From Squalus acanthias (taxonomy: Eukaryota), in contig CM059432.1 of assembly GCA_030390025.1 (NCBI GenBank), forward strand, positions 107,014,001 to 107,078,000: a stretch of 64,000 bases of DNA, written 5' to 3'. The notes beneath the pieces are model-generated. The model worked only from the letters and a program-made list of their open reading frames with translations. It did no database searches and was not told the DNA's origin. How positions within the stretch are numbered: position 1 is the stretch's first letter; every line of letters begins with the position of its first letter. Shown here in pieces: positions 1-12,586 of the stretch. The position numbers were made by a program, and so were the translations under genes.

Positions 1-465
1 GGACTATCGTATGAGGAGAGATTGGGTCGACTAGGCCTGTATTCACTAGAGTTTAGAAGAATGAGAGGGGATCTCATTGAAACGTATAAAATTCTGACAG
101 GGCTAGACAGACTGGATGCAGGGAGGATGTTTCCCCTGGCTGGGGGGTCTTGAACGAGGGGTCACAGTCTCAGGATATGGGGTAGGACATTTAGGACTGA
201 GATGAGGAGAAATTTCTTCACTCAGAGGGTGGTGAACCTGTGGAATTCTCTACCATAGAAGGCTGTGGAGGCCAAGTCACTGAATATATTTAAGAAGGAG
301 ATAGATAGATTTCTGGACACAAAAGGCATCAAGGGGTATGGGGAGAGAGCGGGAATATGGTATTGAGATAGAGGATCAGCCATGGTCATATTGAATGGCG
401 GAGCAGGCTCGAAGGGCCGAATGGCCTACTCCTGCTCCTATTTTTCTATGTTCTATGTTTCTATG
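1..465 (+). mobile_element. CR1/HER1 LINE 3' end (runs off window start)
   Basis: Encodes the CR1 ORF2 C-terminus (EFRRMRGDLIETYKI, NFFTQRVVNLWNSL), then the HER1-type 3' UTR and a TTCTATG-type tail at ~443-465. Confidence 0.9.
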
Positions 466-640
466 AACTACAAATGCATGAAATCACTTCAGTCCTTACC
501 AAGCCCCATCGACTCTCTATACAGGAGAATTGACTTTATGATTCTCATCCTCACTATCAAGTCCCTCCATGATCTTGGCCCTTGGAATCATCACGATTTT
601 CTCCAGAATGTGCCCTGCACCATTTTGCTCCTCCAACACC

Positions 641-830
641 AAAGAAAGAAAGAACTTACATTTATTCAGCGCCTTTCAAAACCTCAGGATATCTCCAAAG
701 CACTTAACAGCCAATTAAGTATTTTTATGAAGTGTAGCCATTTGTAATATGGTGAAATGCAGCAGCCAATTTACACACAGCAAGATGTACAAATAGCAAT
801 GAGATAATGACCAGATAATTAGTTTTAGTG
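641..830 (-). mobile_element. DeuSINE (SacSINE1-like) 3' tail fragment
   Basis: Diverged match to the tails of the copies at 23157 and 44277 (aaagaa..catttat..agcgcctttca; gcagccaattt.cacacagcaa). Confidence 0.7.
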
Positions 831-1932
831 CTGTTCGTAAATGTTGACATGGTCCCTCTTCAATCACTAACTCCAATAGTGTATGCCATAGCCTCACAAC
901 TCACTGTAAACAAGTTTCTCCTGCTCTCTGTCCTAAATCTCTTACATTTAATCTTACATCTATGTCCCCTTCTTGTAGACCTCTCAATCACTGGAAAGTC
1001 TATTTCTCTGTCCCATCACTTAATCATTTTAAACACATTTTAAACACCTCCATCAAATCACCCCATAATCTCCCCTGTTGTAACAAAACAGCCCCAAGTC
1101 TTTCTTTATATTTATAATAACAGTGACTCTGCGTTGTACCCTTTCATAGAATCATAGAAATTTACAGCACAGGAGGAGGCCGTTTGGCCCATCTTGTCCG
1201 TGCCTGCCGACAAAGAGCTATCCAGCCAAATCCCACTTTCCAGCACTTGGTCCGAATCCTTGTAGGTTACGGCACTTCAAGTGCATATCCAAGTACTTTT
1301 TAAATGTGATGAGGGGCTCTGCCTCTACCACCCTTTCAGGCAGTGAGTTCCAGACCCCCACCACCCTCTGGGTGAAAAAGGTCTCCTCAAATCCCCTCTA
1401 ATCCTTCTACCAATTACTTTAAATCTATGCCCCTTGGTTATTGACCCCTCTGCTAAGGGAAATAGGTCCTTCCTATATCTAGGCCCCTCATAATTTTATA
1501 CACTTCAATTTGGTCTCCCCTCAGCCTCCTCTGTTCCAAAAAAAACAACCCCAGCTTATCCAATCTTTGCTCATAGCTAAAATTCTCCCGTCCTGGCAAC
1601 ATCCTTGTAAATCTCCTCTGCACCCTCTCTAGTGCAATCACATCCTTCCTGTAATGTGGTGACTAGAACTCCACGCCATATTCTAGCTGCGGCCTAACTA
1701 GTGTTTTACACAGTTCAAGCATAACCTCCCTGCTCTTATATTCTATGCCTCAACTAATAAAGGCAAGTATCCCATATGCCGTCTTAACCACCTTATCTAC
1801 CTGTCCTGCTACCTTCAGGGATCTGTGGACATGCACTCCAAGGTCCCTCTGATCCTCTGCAGTTCTCAGTGTCCTACCATTTATTGTTTATTCCTTTGCC
1901 TTGTTAGCCCGCCCCAAATGCATTACCTCACA

Positions 1933-4900
1933 TTTTTTTTTAATTTGTTTATGGGATGTGGGCGACGCTGGCAAGGCCAGCATTTATTGCCCATCCCTAA
2001 TTGCCCTTGCGAAGGTGGTGGTGAGCCGCCTTCTTGATCCGCTGCAGTCCGTGTGGTGAAGGTACTCCCACAGTGCTATTAGGTAGAGAGTTCCAGGATT
2101 TTGACCCAGCGACGATGAAGGATCGGCGATATACTTCTAAGTCAGGATGGTGTGTGACTTGGAGGGGAACTTGGAGGTGGTGGTGTTCCCATGCACTTGC
2201 TGCCCTTGTCCTTCTAGGTGGAAGAGGTCGCGGGTTTGGGAGGTGCTGTCGAAGAAGCCTTGTTGAGTTGCTGCAGTGCATCTTGTAGATGGTACACTTG
2301 CAGCCACGGTACGCCGGTGGTGGAGGGAGTGAATGTTTAAGGTGGTGGATGGGGTGCCAATTGAAAGGGAAAAATAAAGGTTAGTGTAGAGTAGTATTGC
2401 ATGATGGGAGTTTGGTTCTACACAGACAATGGTCAAGGAGAGTAGGGAGCAACATTACCAGACATGGGACTAACCACAGGCAAACGCTGCAAAGACTCAA
2501 GATAGCATATCTGTGCAGATGGGTAACCGCAATAGGAACCACATGACTTAGGCAGTTGATGATGTCTCAAATTTAGGACAAGGACAGGAGCTATGGAACC
2601 ACAATGGGTCCTAGTTTCAGGAAAGCAGAACAATGAGTAAAAATACAAAGGTCATAGTTGCAGCACCAGCTTACAGTGATAACAAACAGAAGCTTTTTCA
2701 GTAACAAAGGCGGAATTAATATGTCGCGATATAGGCAACCAATCAGTAAACGTCCATGCGGGGTGCAACCCAATCAAATTGTTAGAAAGGATCATGCACG
2801 AGGCTATCCATGTGCGCTTATTGTGTATAAATGTTTAACAATTGCTGTAGTAATTTGGAGAAGCCTGGCTAAGACAGAGCAGGAAGTCTCCCCACGCATG
2901 CGAATAAACTGCTTGAACTCTCGATATCAGACGTGTGTGGAGTATTTCAAATTACTCCACAACACAATCAAGCGGCTGCTTTGTCCCGGATGGTGTCGAG
3001 CTTCTTCAGTGTTGTTGGAGCTGCACTCATCCAGGCAAGTGGAGAGTAGTTCATCACACTCCTGACTTGTGCTTTGTAGATGGTGGAAAGACTTTGGGGA
3101 GTCAGGAGGTGAGACACTCACCACAGAATACCCAGCCTCTGACCTGCTCTTATTGCCACAGTATTTATATGGCTGGTCCAGTTAAGTTTCTGGTCAATGG
3201 TGACCCGCAGGATGTTGATGGTGGGGGATTCAGCAATGGTAATACCGTTGAATGTCAAGGGGAGGTGGTTCGACTCTCGCTTGTTGGAGTTAGTCATTGC
3301 CTGGCACTTCTGTGGTGCAAATGTTTCCTGCCACTTATCAGCCCAAGCCTGAAGGTTGCCAAGGTTTTGTTGCATGCGGGCATGGACTGCTTCATTATCT
3401 GAGGAGTTGTGAATGGCGCTGAACACTGTGCAGTCATCAGCGAACATCCCCATTTCTGACCTTATGTTGGAGGGAAGGTCATTGATGAAGCAGCTGAAGA
3501 TGGTTGGGCCTAGGACACTGCCCTGAGGAACTCCTGCAGCGATGTCCTAGGGCTGTGATGATTGACCTCCAACCACCACAACCATCTTCCTTTGTGCTAG
3601 GTATGACTCCAGCCAGTGGAGAGTTTTTCCCCCGATTCCCATTGACTTCAATTTTACGAGGGCTCCTTGATGCCACACTCGATCAAATGCTGCCTTGATG
3701 TCAAGGGCAGTCACTCTCACCTCACCTCTGGAATTCAGCTCCTTTGTCCACGTTTGGACCAAGGCTGTAATGAGGTCGGGAGCCGAGTGGTCCTGGCGGA
3801 ACCCAAACTGAGCATCAGTGAGCAGGTTATTGGTGAGTAAGTGCCACTTGATAGCACTGTCGATGATACCTTCCATCACTTTGCTGATGATTAAGAGTAG
3901 ACTGATGGGGCAGTAATTGGCCGGGTTGGATTTGTCCTGCTTTTTATGGACAGGACATACCTGGGCAGTTTTCCACATTGTCGGATAGATGCCAGTGTTG
4001 TAGCTGTACTGGATCAGCTTGGCTAGAGGCACAGCTAGTTCTGGAGCACAAGTCTTCAGCACGATAGCCGGGATGTTGTCGGGGCCCATAGCCTTTGCTG
4101 TATCTAGTGCGCTGAGCCGTTTCTTGATATCACGTGGTGTGAATCGAATTGGCTGAAGACTGGCTTCTGTGAGGGTGGGGACCTCAGGAGTAGGCCGATA
4201 TGGATCATCCACTCGGCACTTCTGGCTGAAGATGGTTGCAAACGCTTCAGCCTTGTTTTTTGCACTCACGTGCTGGGCTCCACCATCATTGAGGATGGAG
4301 ATGTTCATGGAGCCGCCTCCTCCCGTTAGTTGTTTAATGGTCCACCACTATTCACGACTGCAGAGCTTTGATCTGATCCGTTGATTGTGGGATCGCTTAG
4401 CCCTGTCTATAGCATGCTGCTTCCGCTTTTTAGCATGCATGTAGTCCTGTGTTGCAGCTTCCCACCTCATTTTTAGGTACGCCTGGTGCTGCTCCTGGCA
4501 TGCTCTTCTGCACTTCTTATTGAACCAGGGTTGGTCCCCTGGCTTGATGATAATGGTAGAGTGAGGGATATGCCGGGCCATGAGGTTACAGATTGTGGTG
4601 GAATATAATTCTGCTGCTGCTGATGGCCCACAGCGCCTCATGGATGCCCAGTTTTGAGCTGCTAGGTCTGTTCTGGATCTATCCCATTTAGCACAGTGGT
4701 AGTGCCACACAACACGATGGAGGGTGTCCTCAGTGTGAAGATGGGACTTCATATCCACAATGACTGTGCGGTGGTCACTGCTACCAATACTGTCATGGAC
4801 AGATGCATCTGCGACAGGTAGATTGGCGAGGACGAGGTCAAGTAGGTTTTTCCCTCGTGTTGGTTTTCCTCACCACCTGTCGCAGGCCCAGACTGGCAGT

Positions 4901-5761
4901 TATGTCCTTCAGGACTCAGCCAGCTCAGTTAGTAGTGGTGCTACCAAGTCACTCTTGGTGATGGACATTGAAGTCCCCCACCCAGAGTATATTCTGTACC
5001 CTTGCTACCCTCAGTGCTTCTTCCAAGTGGTGTTCAACATGGAGGAGTACTGATTCATCAGCTGAGGGAGGGCGGTAGGTGGTAATCAGCAGGAGGTTTC
5101 CTTGCCCATGCTTGACCTGAATCCATAAGACTTCATGGGGTCCGGAGTCAATGTTGAGGACTCCCAGGGCCACTCATTCCTGACTGTATACCACTGTGCC
5201 ACCAGCCCTGGTGGGTCTGTCCTGCCGGTGGGATAGTTGGGACATTGGCTGAAAGGTATGATTCTGTGAGTATGACTATGTTAGGCTTGACTCATCTGTG
5301 TGACAGCTCTACCAATTTTGGCACAAGTCCCCAGATGTTGGTGAGGAGGACTTTGCAGGGTCAACTGGGCTGGGTGTGCCACTGCCATGTCCATAGCCAG
5401 TGCCAAGGTCGATGCCGGGTGGTCCGTCCAGTTTCATTCTTATTATTGTGTTTCGTAGCAGTTTGTTACAACTGAGTGGCTTGCTAGGCCATTTCAGAGG
5501 GCAGTTAAGAGTCAATCACATTGCTGTGGGTCTGGAGTCACATATAGGCCAGACGAGGTAAGGACGGCAGATTTCCTTCCCTGAAGGATTAGTGAACCAG
5601 ATGGGTTTTTACGACAATCCGATAGTTTAATTATTCCAGATTTATTTAATTAACTGAATTTAAATCCCCCAGCTGCCAGGATTTGAACTTCACATCTCTG
5701 GATCATTAGTCCAGGGCTCGGGATTACTACCCCAGTGACATTACCACTACACTACCGTCCC
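1933..5761 (-). mobile_element. Family B LINE (single APE-RT ORF, CR1-group/Zenon-like), full length with tRNA-derived head
   Basis: Short poly(A) at 1933; RT motifs QFGFR, LDIKAAFDRVWH, FADD; APE motifs YRPP, GDFN; head at 5675-5762; short (C)ACA duplication of the host CR1. Confidence 0.85.
2362..2964 (+). mobile_element. Solo LTR (603 bp)
   Basis: TG...CA ends; 4-bp TSD CAAT (2358-2361 and 2965-2968); TATAAA at ~2826 and AATAAA at ~2903; the host LINE rejoins across it. Confidence 0.9.
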
Positions 5762-6067
5762 CACACTTCTCCAGATTGAATTGCATTTGCCACTGTTCTG
5801 CCCACCTGACCAGTCCATTGATATCTTCCTGCAGTCTACTGCTTTCTTCTTCATTATCTACCACACGGCCAATTTTTGTATCATCTGCAAACTTCTTAGT
5901 CATACTTCCTATATTCAAGTCCAAATCATTGATCTATACCACAAAAAGCAAAGGACCCAGTACTGGGCCCTGCGGAACCCCACTGGAAACAGCCTTCCAG
6001 TCACAAAAACATCCTTCGACCATTGCCCTTTGTTTTCTGCCTTTGAGCCAATTTCAGATCCAACTTG

Positions 6068-7891
6068 TCACTTTGCCTTGGCTTTTACTTTCGTGACCAG
6101 TCTGCCATGCAGGACCTTATCAGAAGCCTTGCTAAAATCCATATAGACGACAACAAATGCACTACCCTCATTGACCCTCCTTATTACATCCTCAGAAAAT
6201 TCAATCAAGTTAGTCAGACACGACCTCCCCTTAACAAATCCATGCTGACTGTCCCTGATTAATCCGTCTCTTTCCAAATGAAGATTTATCCTGTCCCTCA
6301 GAATTTTTTCCAATAATTTTCCCACCACCGAGGTTAGGCTGACTGGCCTGTAATTCCTCGGTTTATTCCTTTCTCCCTTTTTAAACAACGGTACCACGTT
6401 AGCAGTTCTCCAGTCCTCTGGCACCACACCTGTCGCCAGAGAGGATTGGAAAATGATGGTCAGAGCCTCTGCTATTTCCTCTCTTACTTTTCTTAACAGT
6501 CTGGGATACATTTAATCTGGGCCTGGGGATTTATCCACTTTCAAAGATGCTAAACCCCTTAATACTTCCTCTTTCACTATGCTTATTTCATCTAATATTT
6601 CACACTCCTCCTCCCTGATTGCTATTTCTGCATCGTCTCTCTCTTTTGTGAAAACAGACGCAAAGTTTTCATTAAGAACCATACCCAGGTCTTCAGCCTC
6701 CACACACATGTCCCTAATAGGTCCTACTCTTTCTTTAGTTATACCCTTGCTCTTAATGTATTGATAAAACATCTTTGGGTTTTCCTTGATTTTACTTGCC
6801 AATATTTTTTCATGCCCTCTCTTTGCTTTCCTAATTTCCTTTTCAATTTCACCCCTGTACTTTCTATACTTCTCTAGGGTTTCTGCAGTATTGAGCCCTC
6901 TGTATCTGTCATAAGCTTCCCTTTTTTTCTTTATCCTTCCCTGTATGCCCCTTGACATCCAGGGAGCTCTAGATTTGTTAGTCCCACCCTTTTTCTTTAA
7001 GGAAACATACTTGCTCTGAACCCTCACTATCTCCTCCTTGAATGCCTCCCCTGATTTACCTTCAAGTTTCTGTCTCCAGTCCACTAAATCACATATCAGC
7101 TTAGTAAAATTAGCTTTCCCCCAATTGAGAACTTTTATTCCTGGTCTATCCTTGTCCTTTTCCATAACTATGCTAAATCTAACTAAATTATGATCACTGC
7201 TACCAAAATGCTCTCCCACTGATACCCTTTCCACCTGCCCAGCTTCATTCCCTAAAACTAGGACCAGAACCGCCCCCTCTCTTGTTGGGCTTGCTACGTA
7301 CTGGCTAAAAAAGTTCTCCTGAATGCATTTTAAGAATTCTGTTCCCTCTATACCTTTCACACTAATTTTATCCCAGTTAATATTAGGGAAGTTGAAATCC
7401 CCGACTATTACTGCCCTATTTTTGCACGTCTCAGAAATTTGCCTACATATTTGCTCTTCTATCTCTCTTTGACTGTTTGGGGGTCTACAGTACACTCCCA
7501 GCAGTGTGATTGCCCCTTTTTTGCTTTTCAGTTCAACCCATATGGCCTTGTTGGATGATCCTTCTAAGATATCATCTCTCCTCACAGCTGTAATTGTTTC
7601 TTTAATCAATATTGCGACCCCTCCTCCTTTTTTATCCCCCTCTCGATCTCGTCTGAAAACCCTGTAACCAGGAATGTTGAGCTGCCATTCCTGCCCTTCT
7701 TTCAGCCATGTCTCAGTAATAGCTATATCATACTCCCACATGTCTACCTGTGCCCTCAGCTCATCTGCTTTATTCCCTAGACTCCTTGCGTTGAAGTATA
7801 TACCATTTAGCACTGCCAAACTCCCTTGTCTATTTTCTAGCCTTTGTTTCCTCTGCCTTCCAAACTCTCTTACTAATTTTCTGTCTTCCAT
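6068..7891 (-). pseudogene. CR1 ORF2 endonuclease plus start of RT, with an in-frame stop at 6512
   Basis: APE motifs YFNARS, ITETW, GDFN, SDH; RT-proximal [19 protein letters not shown]. Confidence 0.9.
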
Positions 7892-8289
7892 TTCCAGCTT
7901 TGCTTCTCTCCCTTCTGAATCTACTGTCAGGTTCCCATCCCCCTGCCAAGCTAGTTTAAACCCTCTCCAACAGCACTAGCAACCCCCTCCCCCGCCCTGC
8001 GAGAATATTGGTCCCAGTGCTGTTGAGGTGCAACCCGTCCAGCTTGTACAGGTCTCACCTACCCCAGAAACGGTCCCAATACCTCAGGAATCTAAAACCC
8101 TCCCTCCTGCACCATCTCTCCAGCCGCGCATTCATCTGCTCTATCCTCCTATTTCTGTACTCACTAGCACGTAGCAACGGGAGCAATCCGGAGATTACTA
8201 CCTTTGAGGTCCTGCTTTTTAATCTCTTTCCTAGCTCCCTAAAATCTGTCTGCAGGACCTCATCTATTAACTAGAAACTAGAAACACTT

Positions 8290-8355
8290 AATAGCTACTC
8301 ACCAATCAGCTCCTTCCCTTGTGCTGACGTCACTTTTTAATTCTGACGTCACTCT
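8290..8355 (-). promoter_or_regulatory. CR1 5' UTR motifs: two CRE palindromes, CCAAT box and a splice donor
   Basis: TGACGTCA at 8325-8332 and 8344-8351; CCAATC at ~8302; minus-strand G|GTGAGT at ~8296-8302. Confidence 0.45.
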
Positions 8356-8444
8356 TTCAAATTCTGCCTTTGTTGAGTTGCTCTCGCTCAGGTCCCTGCT
8401 GCCCTGTGATGTCACCCCTTGATTTTTCTGTTTGAAGGCTTTGT

Positions 8445-9042
8445 CTAGCGCCGCTGATCCCGCTCCTCTCGCGCTCCTTATAGCGCCGCTGATCCCGCTC
8501 CTCTCGCTCTCTTTACAGCGCCGCTGCTTCCTCTCCTCTCGCCGCTCCTCTCGCGCTCCTTACAGCGCCGCTGCTTCCTCTCCTCTCGCCGCTCCTCTTG
8601 CTCTCTTTACAGCGCCGCTGCTTCCTCTCCTCTCGCCGCTCCTCTCGCGCTCCTTATAGCGCTGCTGATCCCGCTCCTCTCGCGCTCCTTATAGCGCCGC
8701 TGATCCCGCTCCTCTCGCGCTCCTTATAGCGCCGCTGATCCCGCTCCTCTCGCGCTCCTTATAGCGCCGATCATCCCGCTCCTCTCACGCTCCTTATAGC
8801 GCCGCTCATCCCGCTCCTCTCGCGCTCCTTATAGCGTCGCTCATCCTGCTCCTCTTGCGCTCCTTATAGCGCCGCTGATCCCGCTCCTCTCGCGCTCCTC
8901 TCGCCGCTGATCCCGCTCCTCTCGCCGCTCCTCTCACGCTCCTTATAGCGCCGCTGATCCCGCTCCTCTCGCGCTCCTCTCGCCGCTGATCCCGCTCCTC
9001 TCGCCGCTCCTCTCGCGCTCCTTATAGCGCCTCTGATCCCGT
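8445..9042 (-). repeat. GC-rich 35-bp tandem array at the CR1 5' end
   Basis: Unit tatagcgccgctgatcccgctcctctcgcgctcct; period 35 confirmed at 8691, 8726 and 8761; variant units present. Confidence 0.95.
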
Positions 9043-9400
9043 TCTATTTCTATGACCTCAATATCTTTCCTACAGTGTGGAGCCCAAAACTGCAACTGTG
9101 CTCTTACTAAGGTTTTATATTGATCTCGGCCTTGTCACCTCCCCACCTTCAAAGACCTCCTCAGGACCTTTGTCTTTATGCTTTTGTCCCTGCTTACCCC
9201 TTCCTCCTGTTCGGGATCCATTTGCTGTCAGATGTATTAGAGTCGCGCTATAGAAATGTAACTTCTTGTTCTCGCCTTTCACTATCACACTGGGGAGAAA
9301 TACACAATCAGAATATCAAAGGGAGCACATCCCTCAACCAACAGTGCCACAAGGAATTATAAGTAGCCATTCACATTCACATTCAGCCTTGAAGGATGTC

Positions 9401-9496
9401 TGACCTCCGACCTGATCGTCATCTACCACACATGACCTCCGACCTGATTTTCATCGACCACACATGACCTCTGACCTGATCTTCATCTACCACACA
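9401..9496. repeat. 32-bp minisatellite, 3 copies
   Basis: tgacctccgacctgatcgtcatctaccacaca at 9401, 9433 and 9465. Confidence 0.9.
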
Positions 9497-10559
9497 GACT
9501 CTTTATACAACTGTTAGAAACAATTTGTCAGAGAAAACTTGTCCTTCTGAATCTCCCGTAAACAGGAGTTTAAAGAAAAGTGTGAAAATTAAAGTACAGA
9601 TCATCTACTCAGATTAGGTTTGTTTACAGGTGCGAATCTGTAATTCAGATAAGCACTTAGTTAATAGTTTTGATATGCCTTTTTCTGCTCCTTGATTAAG
9701 AAGCCGTGACACCAAAATCAATGGGGCTTACGACCCTTAGGGTCTAACAGTGCACCTGTGGTCTACAGTGCATAAACCTAAGTGTAGATCCGAAATGTGG
9801 AACACTGGTGAGTATTCAGCCCGTGTGGCTGTGGGCACTGATGGAGCAGCTTTGCACAGTGTTGGGGTTTTAGTACAACATGGCTAGTTTTATTGAGAGG
9901 TAAAAGGAGAAATGAAGTTTCATTGATTACATGCTGTGAAGCTGCAGCCACAATAGCAGAAACAATGAGCTCAAAGACTTGACTTCAAAGTTGTCAATCA
10001 GAGCATATGTTTCAAGAGGCAGAGGCCGATCACAATGACACAGCCGACCAGAGGGCGTGTTTAATCCTCCCTGACTCCCTGAACAAGCGGAGTCACAGCA
10101 AACCGGCTGAGTTTTAGTGGCTTTTTCTTTAGATTAGTGCTGAACTGACCTCATTGATTTTAATCCCAGAACACATCCTTGAAAATGAATCTCCACCCCA
10201 GCACTAAAAACCTCCCTGCTGCTGCTGATAACAATGTAGTTTGTGTCTCCTATTTTTCTAAAATTCTGGCAACTTAGCAAATAAACAGAAGGAACCCCAA
10301 ACCAAGTAAGCAGAAGAAGTATGATAATATTTAGCTGTTATGTTATGCCTCCTCTTACCAATTTGTGTTGAGTGATGGACAGTTTTGGGCTGAGGGAGTA
10401 CTGTGCCATGTGAAACTGAGTCAACACTGCCCAAACCAATCGCTGTAGGTCTCAGCACAGGAGGAGGCCATTCTTCCCCTCATTGCCTGTGCTGGTGCTA
10501 GCTCCTCAACTGGAGCTATCCATTCTGATCCCATTTCCCTGAACCCCTTTTCTTATTCA

Positions 10560-11097
10560 GCGACAATAAGCTCCATTTATGTAGTGCCTTTAACATAGAA
10601 GAACGTCCCAAGGCATTTCAAAGAGAATAGATGCGAGCATGGAGTTCTTAAGGCGAGGTGAGGAGGGGTGACTGAAAGCATGGTCAAAGTGATGGGTTTT
10701 GAGAAGGAATTTAAAGAGGCAGAGGGAGGTCCAGGGAAAGAGTTCCAACAAGTAGGACTGAGAAGGCTGAAAGTTCTGCCACCAAAGGTTAAAATTGAAA
10801 GGGGGGAGAAAGGGGGTTGGACAAGAAACCAGACAAAGGACCAGAGAGCATGGGAATGAGTGTAAGACTGGAGATATTTGAAGAACTAGATTGTAGCACG
10901 GTCGTGGAGGGATATGTAGATGTTTAAGTGTTGGTTTAATTGACTCTTAAACATTGTGATTGACTTGACTTGACTTTAACTGGTCATAACTTGCACAGTA
11001 TAACTGGATATACCTACCACAGTGTAACGGGATATACTTATCACGTCTTGGGATGTTTAACTATGTTAAAGGCGCTAAATACAAGTTGTTGTTGTTG
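10560..11097. mobile_element. Old L2-type LINE 3' fragments (minus ~10560-10930; plus-strand tail ~11045-11097)
   Basis: L2-like tail ttgggatgtt..atgttaaaggcgcta..aagttgttgttg and its reverse complement. Confidence 0.5.
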
Positions 11098-11339
11098 AAT
11101 TACTGGATAACCCTACCAAATTTTATGGATTACGTCCAGTCTTTGATAGAGGTACAGAGCTGTTGTCCAGAACTATGGGGTAAATGAATGGTGGCCAGTT
11201 TGTCCAGAGCAAGAGGGGATGCCTATATTGGGGGAATTCTTGAGGCTGTTCCCTGGCGTGCAGCCTCACTAGATGGAAGTGCGTGTCAGAAATAGGGAAA
11301 TAACCCTACAGGGGCACTTCTCTGACCCACAATCCCATC

Positions 11340-12586
11340 CGCACTGAATACAGCAAAGGCTATGGGCCCCGACAGTATCCCAGCTGTCGCGCTGAAGACT
11401 TGGCTGCGCATCTAGCCAATCTGTTCCAGTAAAGCTACAGCACTGACATCTACCTAGCAATGTGAAAAACTGCCCAGGTATGTCCTGTCCACAAAAAGTA
11501 GGACAAATCCAATCTGGTCAATTACCGCCCCATCAGTCTACTCTCAATCATCAGCAAACTGATGGAAGGTGTCATCGACAGTGCTGTCAAGTGGCACTTA
11601 CTCACCAATAACCTGCTCACCGATGCTCAGTTTGAGTTCCACCAGGAACACTCAGCTCCTGACCTCAGTACAGCCTTGGTCCAAACATGGACAAAAGAGC
11701 TGAATTCCAGAGGTGAGGTGAGAGTGACTGCCCTTGACATCAGGGCAGCATTTGACCGAGTGTGGCATCAAGGAGCCCTAGTAAAACTGAAGTCAATGGG
11801 AATCAGGGGGAAAACTCTCCACTGGCTGGAGTCATAGCACAAAAGTAGTGGTTGTTGGTGGTCAATCATCACAGCCCCAGGACATCGCTGCAGGAGTTCC
11901 GCAAGGCAGTGTCCTAGGCCCAACCATCGGTGACCTTCCCTCCAACATAAGGTCAGAAATGGAGATGTTCGCTGTGGCAGGTTGGAGGCTGGGTATTCTG
12001 CGGCGAGTGACTCACCTCCTGACTCCCCAAAGCTTTTCCACCATCTACAAGGCACAAGTAAGGAGTGTGATGGAATACTCTCCACTTGCCTGGATGAGTG
12101 CAGCTCCAACAACACTCAAGAAGCTCGACACCATCCAGGACAAGCAGTCCGCTTGATTGGCATCCCATCCACCACCTTAAACATTCACTCCCTCCACCAC
12201 TGGTGTACCGTGGCTGTAGTGTGTACCATCTACAAGATGCACTGCAGCAACTCGCCAAGACTTCTTCAGCAGCACATCCCAAACCCACGACCTCTAGCAC
12301 CTAGAAGGACAAGGACAGCAGGCGCATGGGAACACCAGCACCTCCAAGTGCCCCTCCAAGTCATACATCATCCTGACTTAGAAGTATATCGCCGTTCCTT
12401 CATCGTCGCTGGGTCAAAATTCTGGAACTCCCTCCATAACAGCACTATGGGAGTACCTTCACCACACGGGATTGCAGCGGTTCAAGAAGATGGCTCACCA
12501 CCACCTTCTCAAGGGCAATTAGGGATGGGCAACAAATGCTGGCCTTGCCAGCGATGCCCACCTCCCAGGAACGAATTTTTAAAAAA
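11340..12586 (+). mobile_element. Family B LINE, 5'-truncated and internally deleted
   Basis: ORFs at 11562 and 11848 match the family B RT; same 3' stem-loop and A-tail at ~12520-12586. Confidence 0.9.

Larger units (their letters stand above)
1145..9042 (-). mobile_element. Near full-length CR1 LINE (5' repeats/UTR, partial ORF1, ORF2), interrupted at 1933-5761
   Basis: Tail at ~1145; RT halves at 1453-1932 and 5762-6511 rejoin at cattacctcaca|cttctccag; APE at 6512-7891; ORF1 C-terminal remnant at ~7960-8265. Confidence 0.9.
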
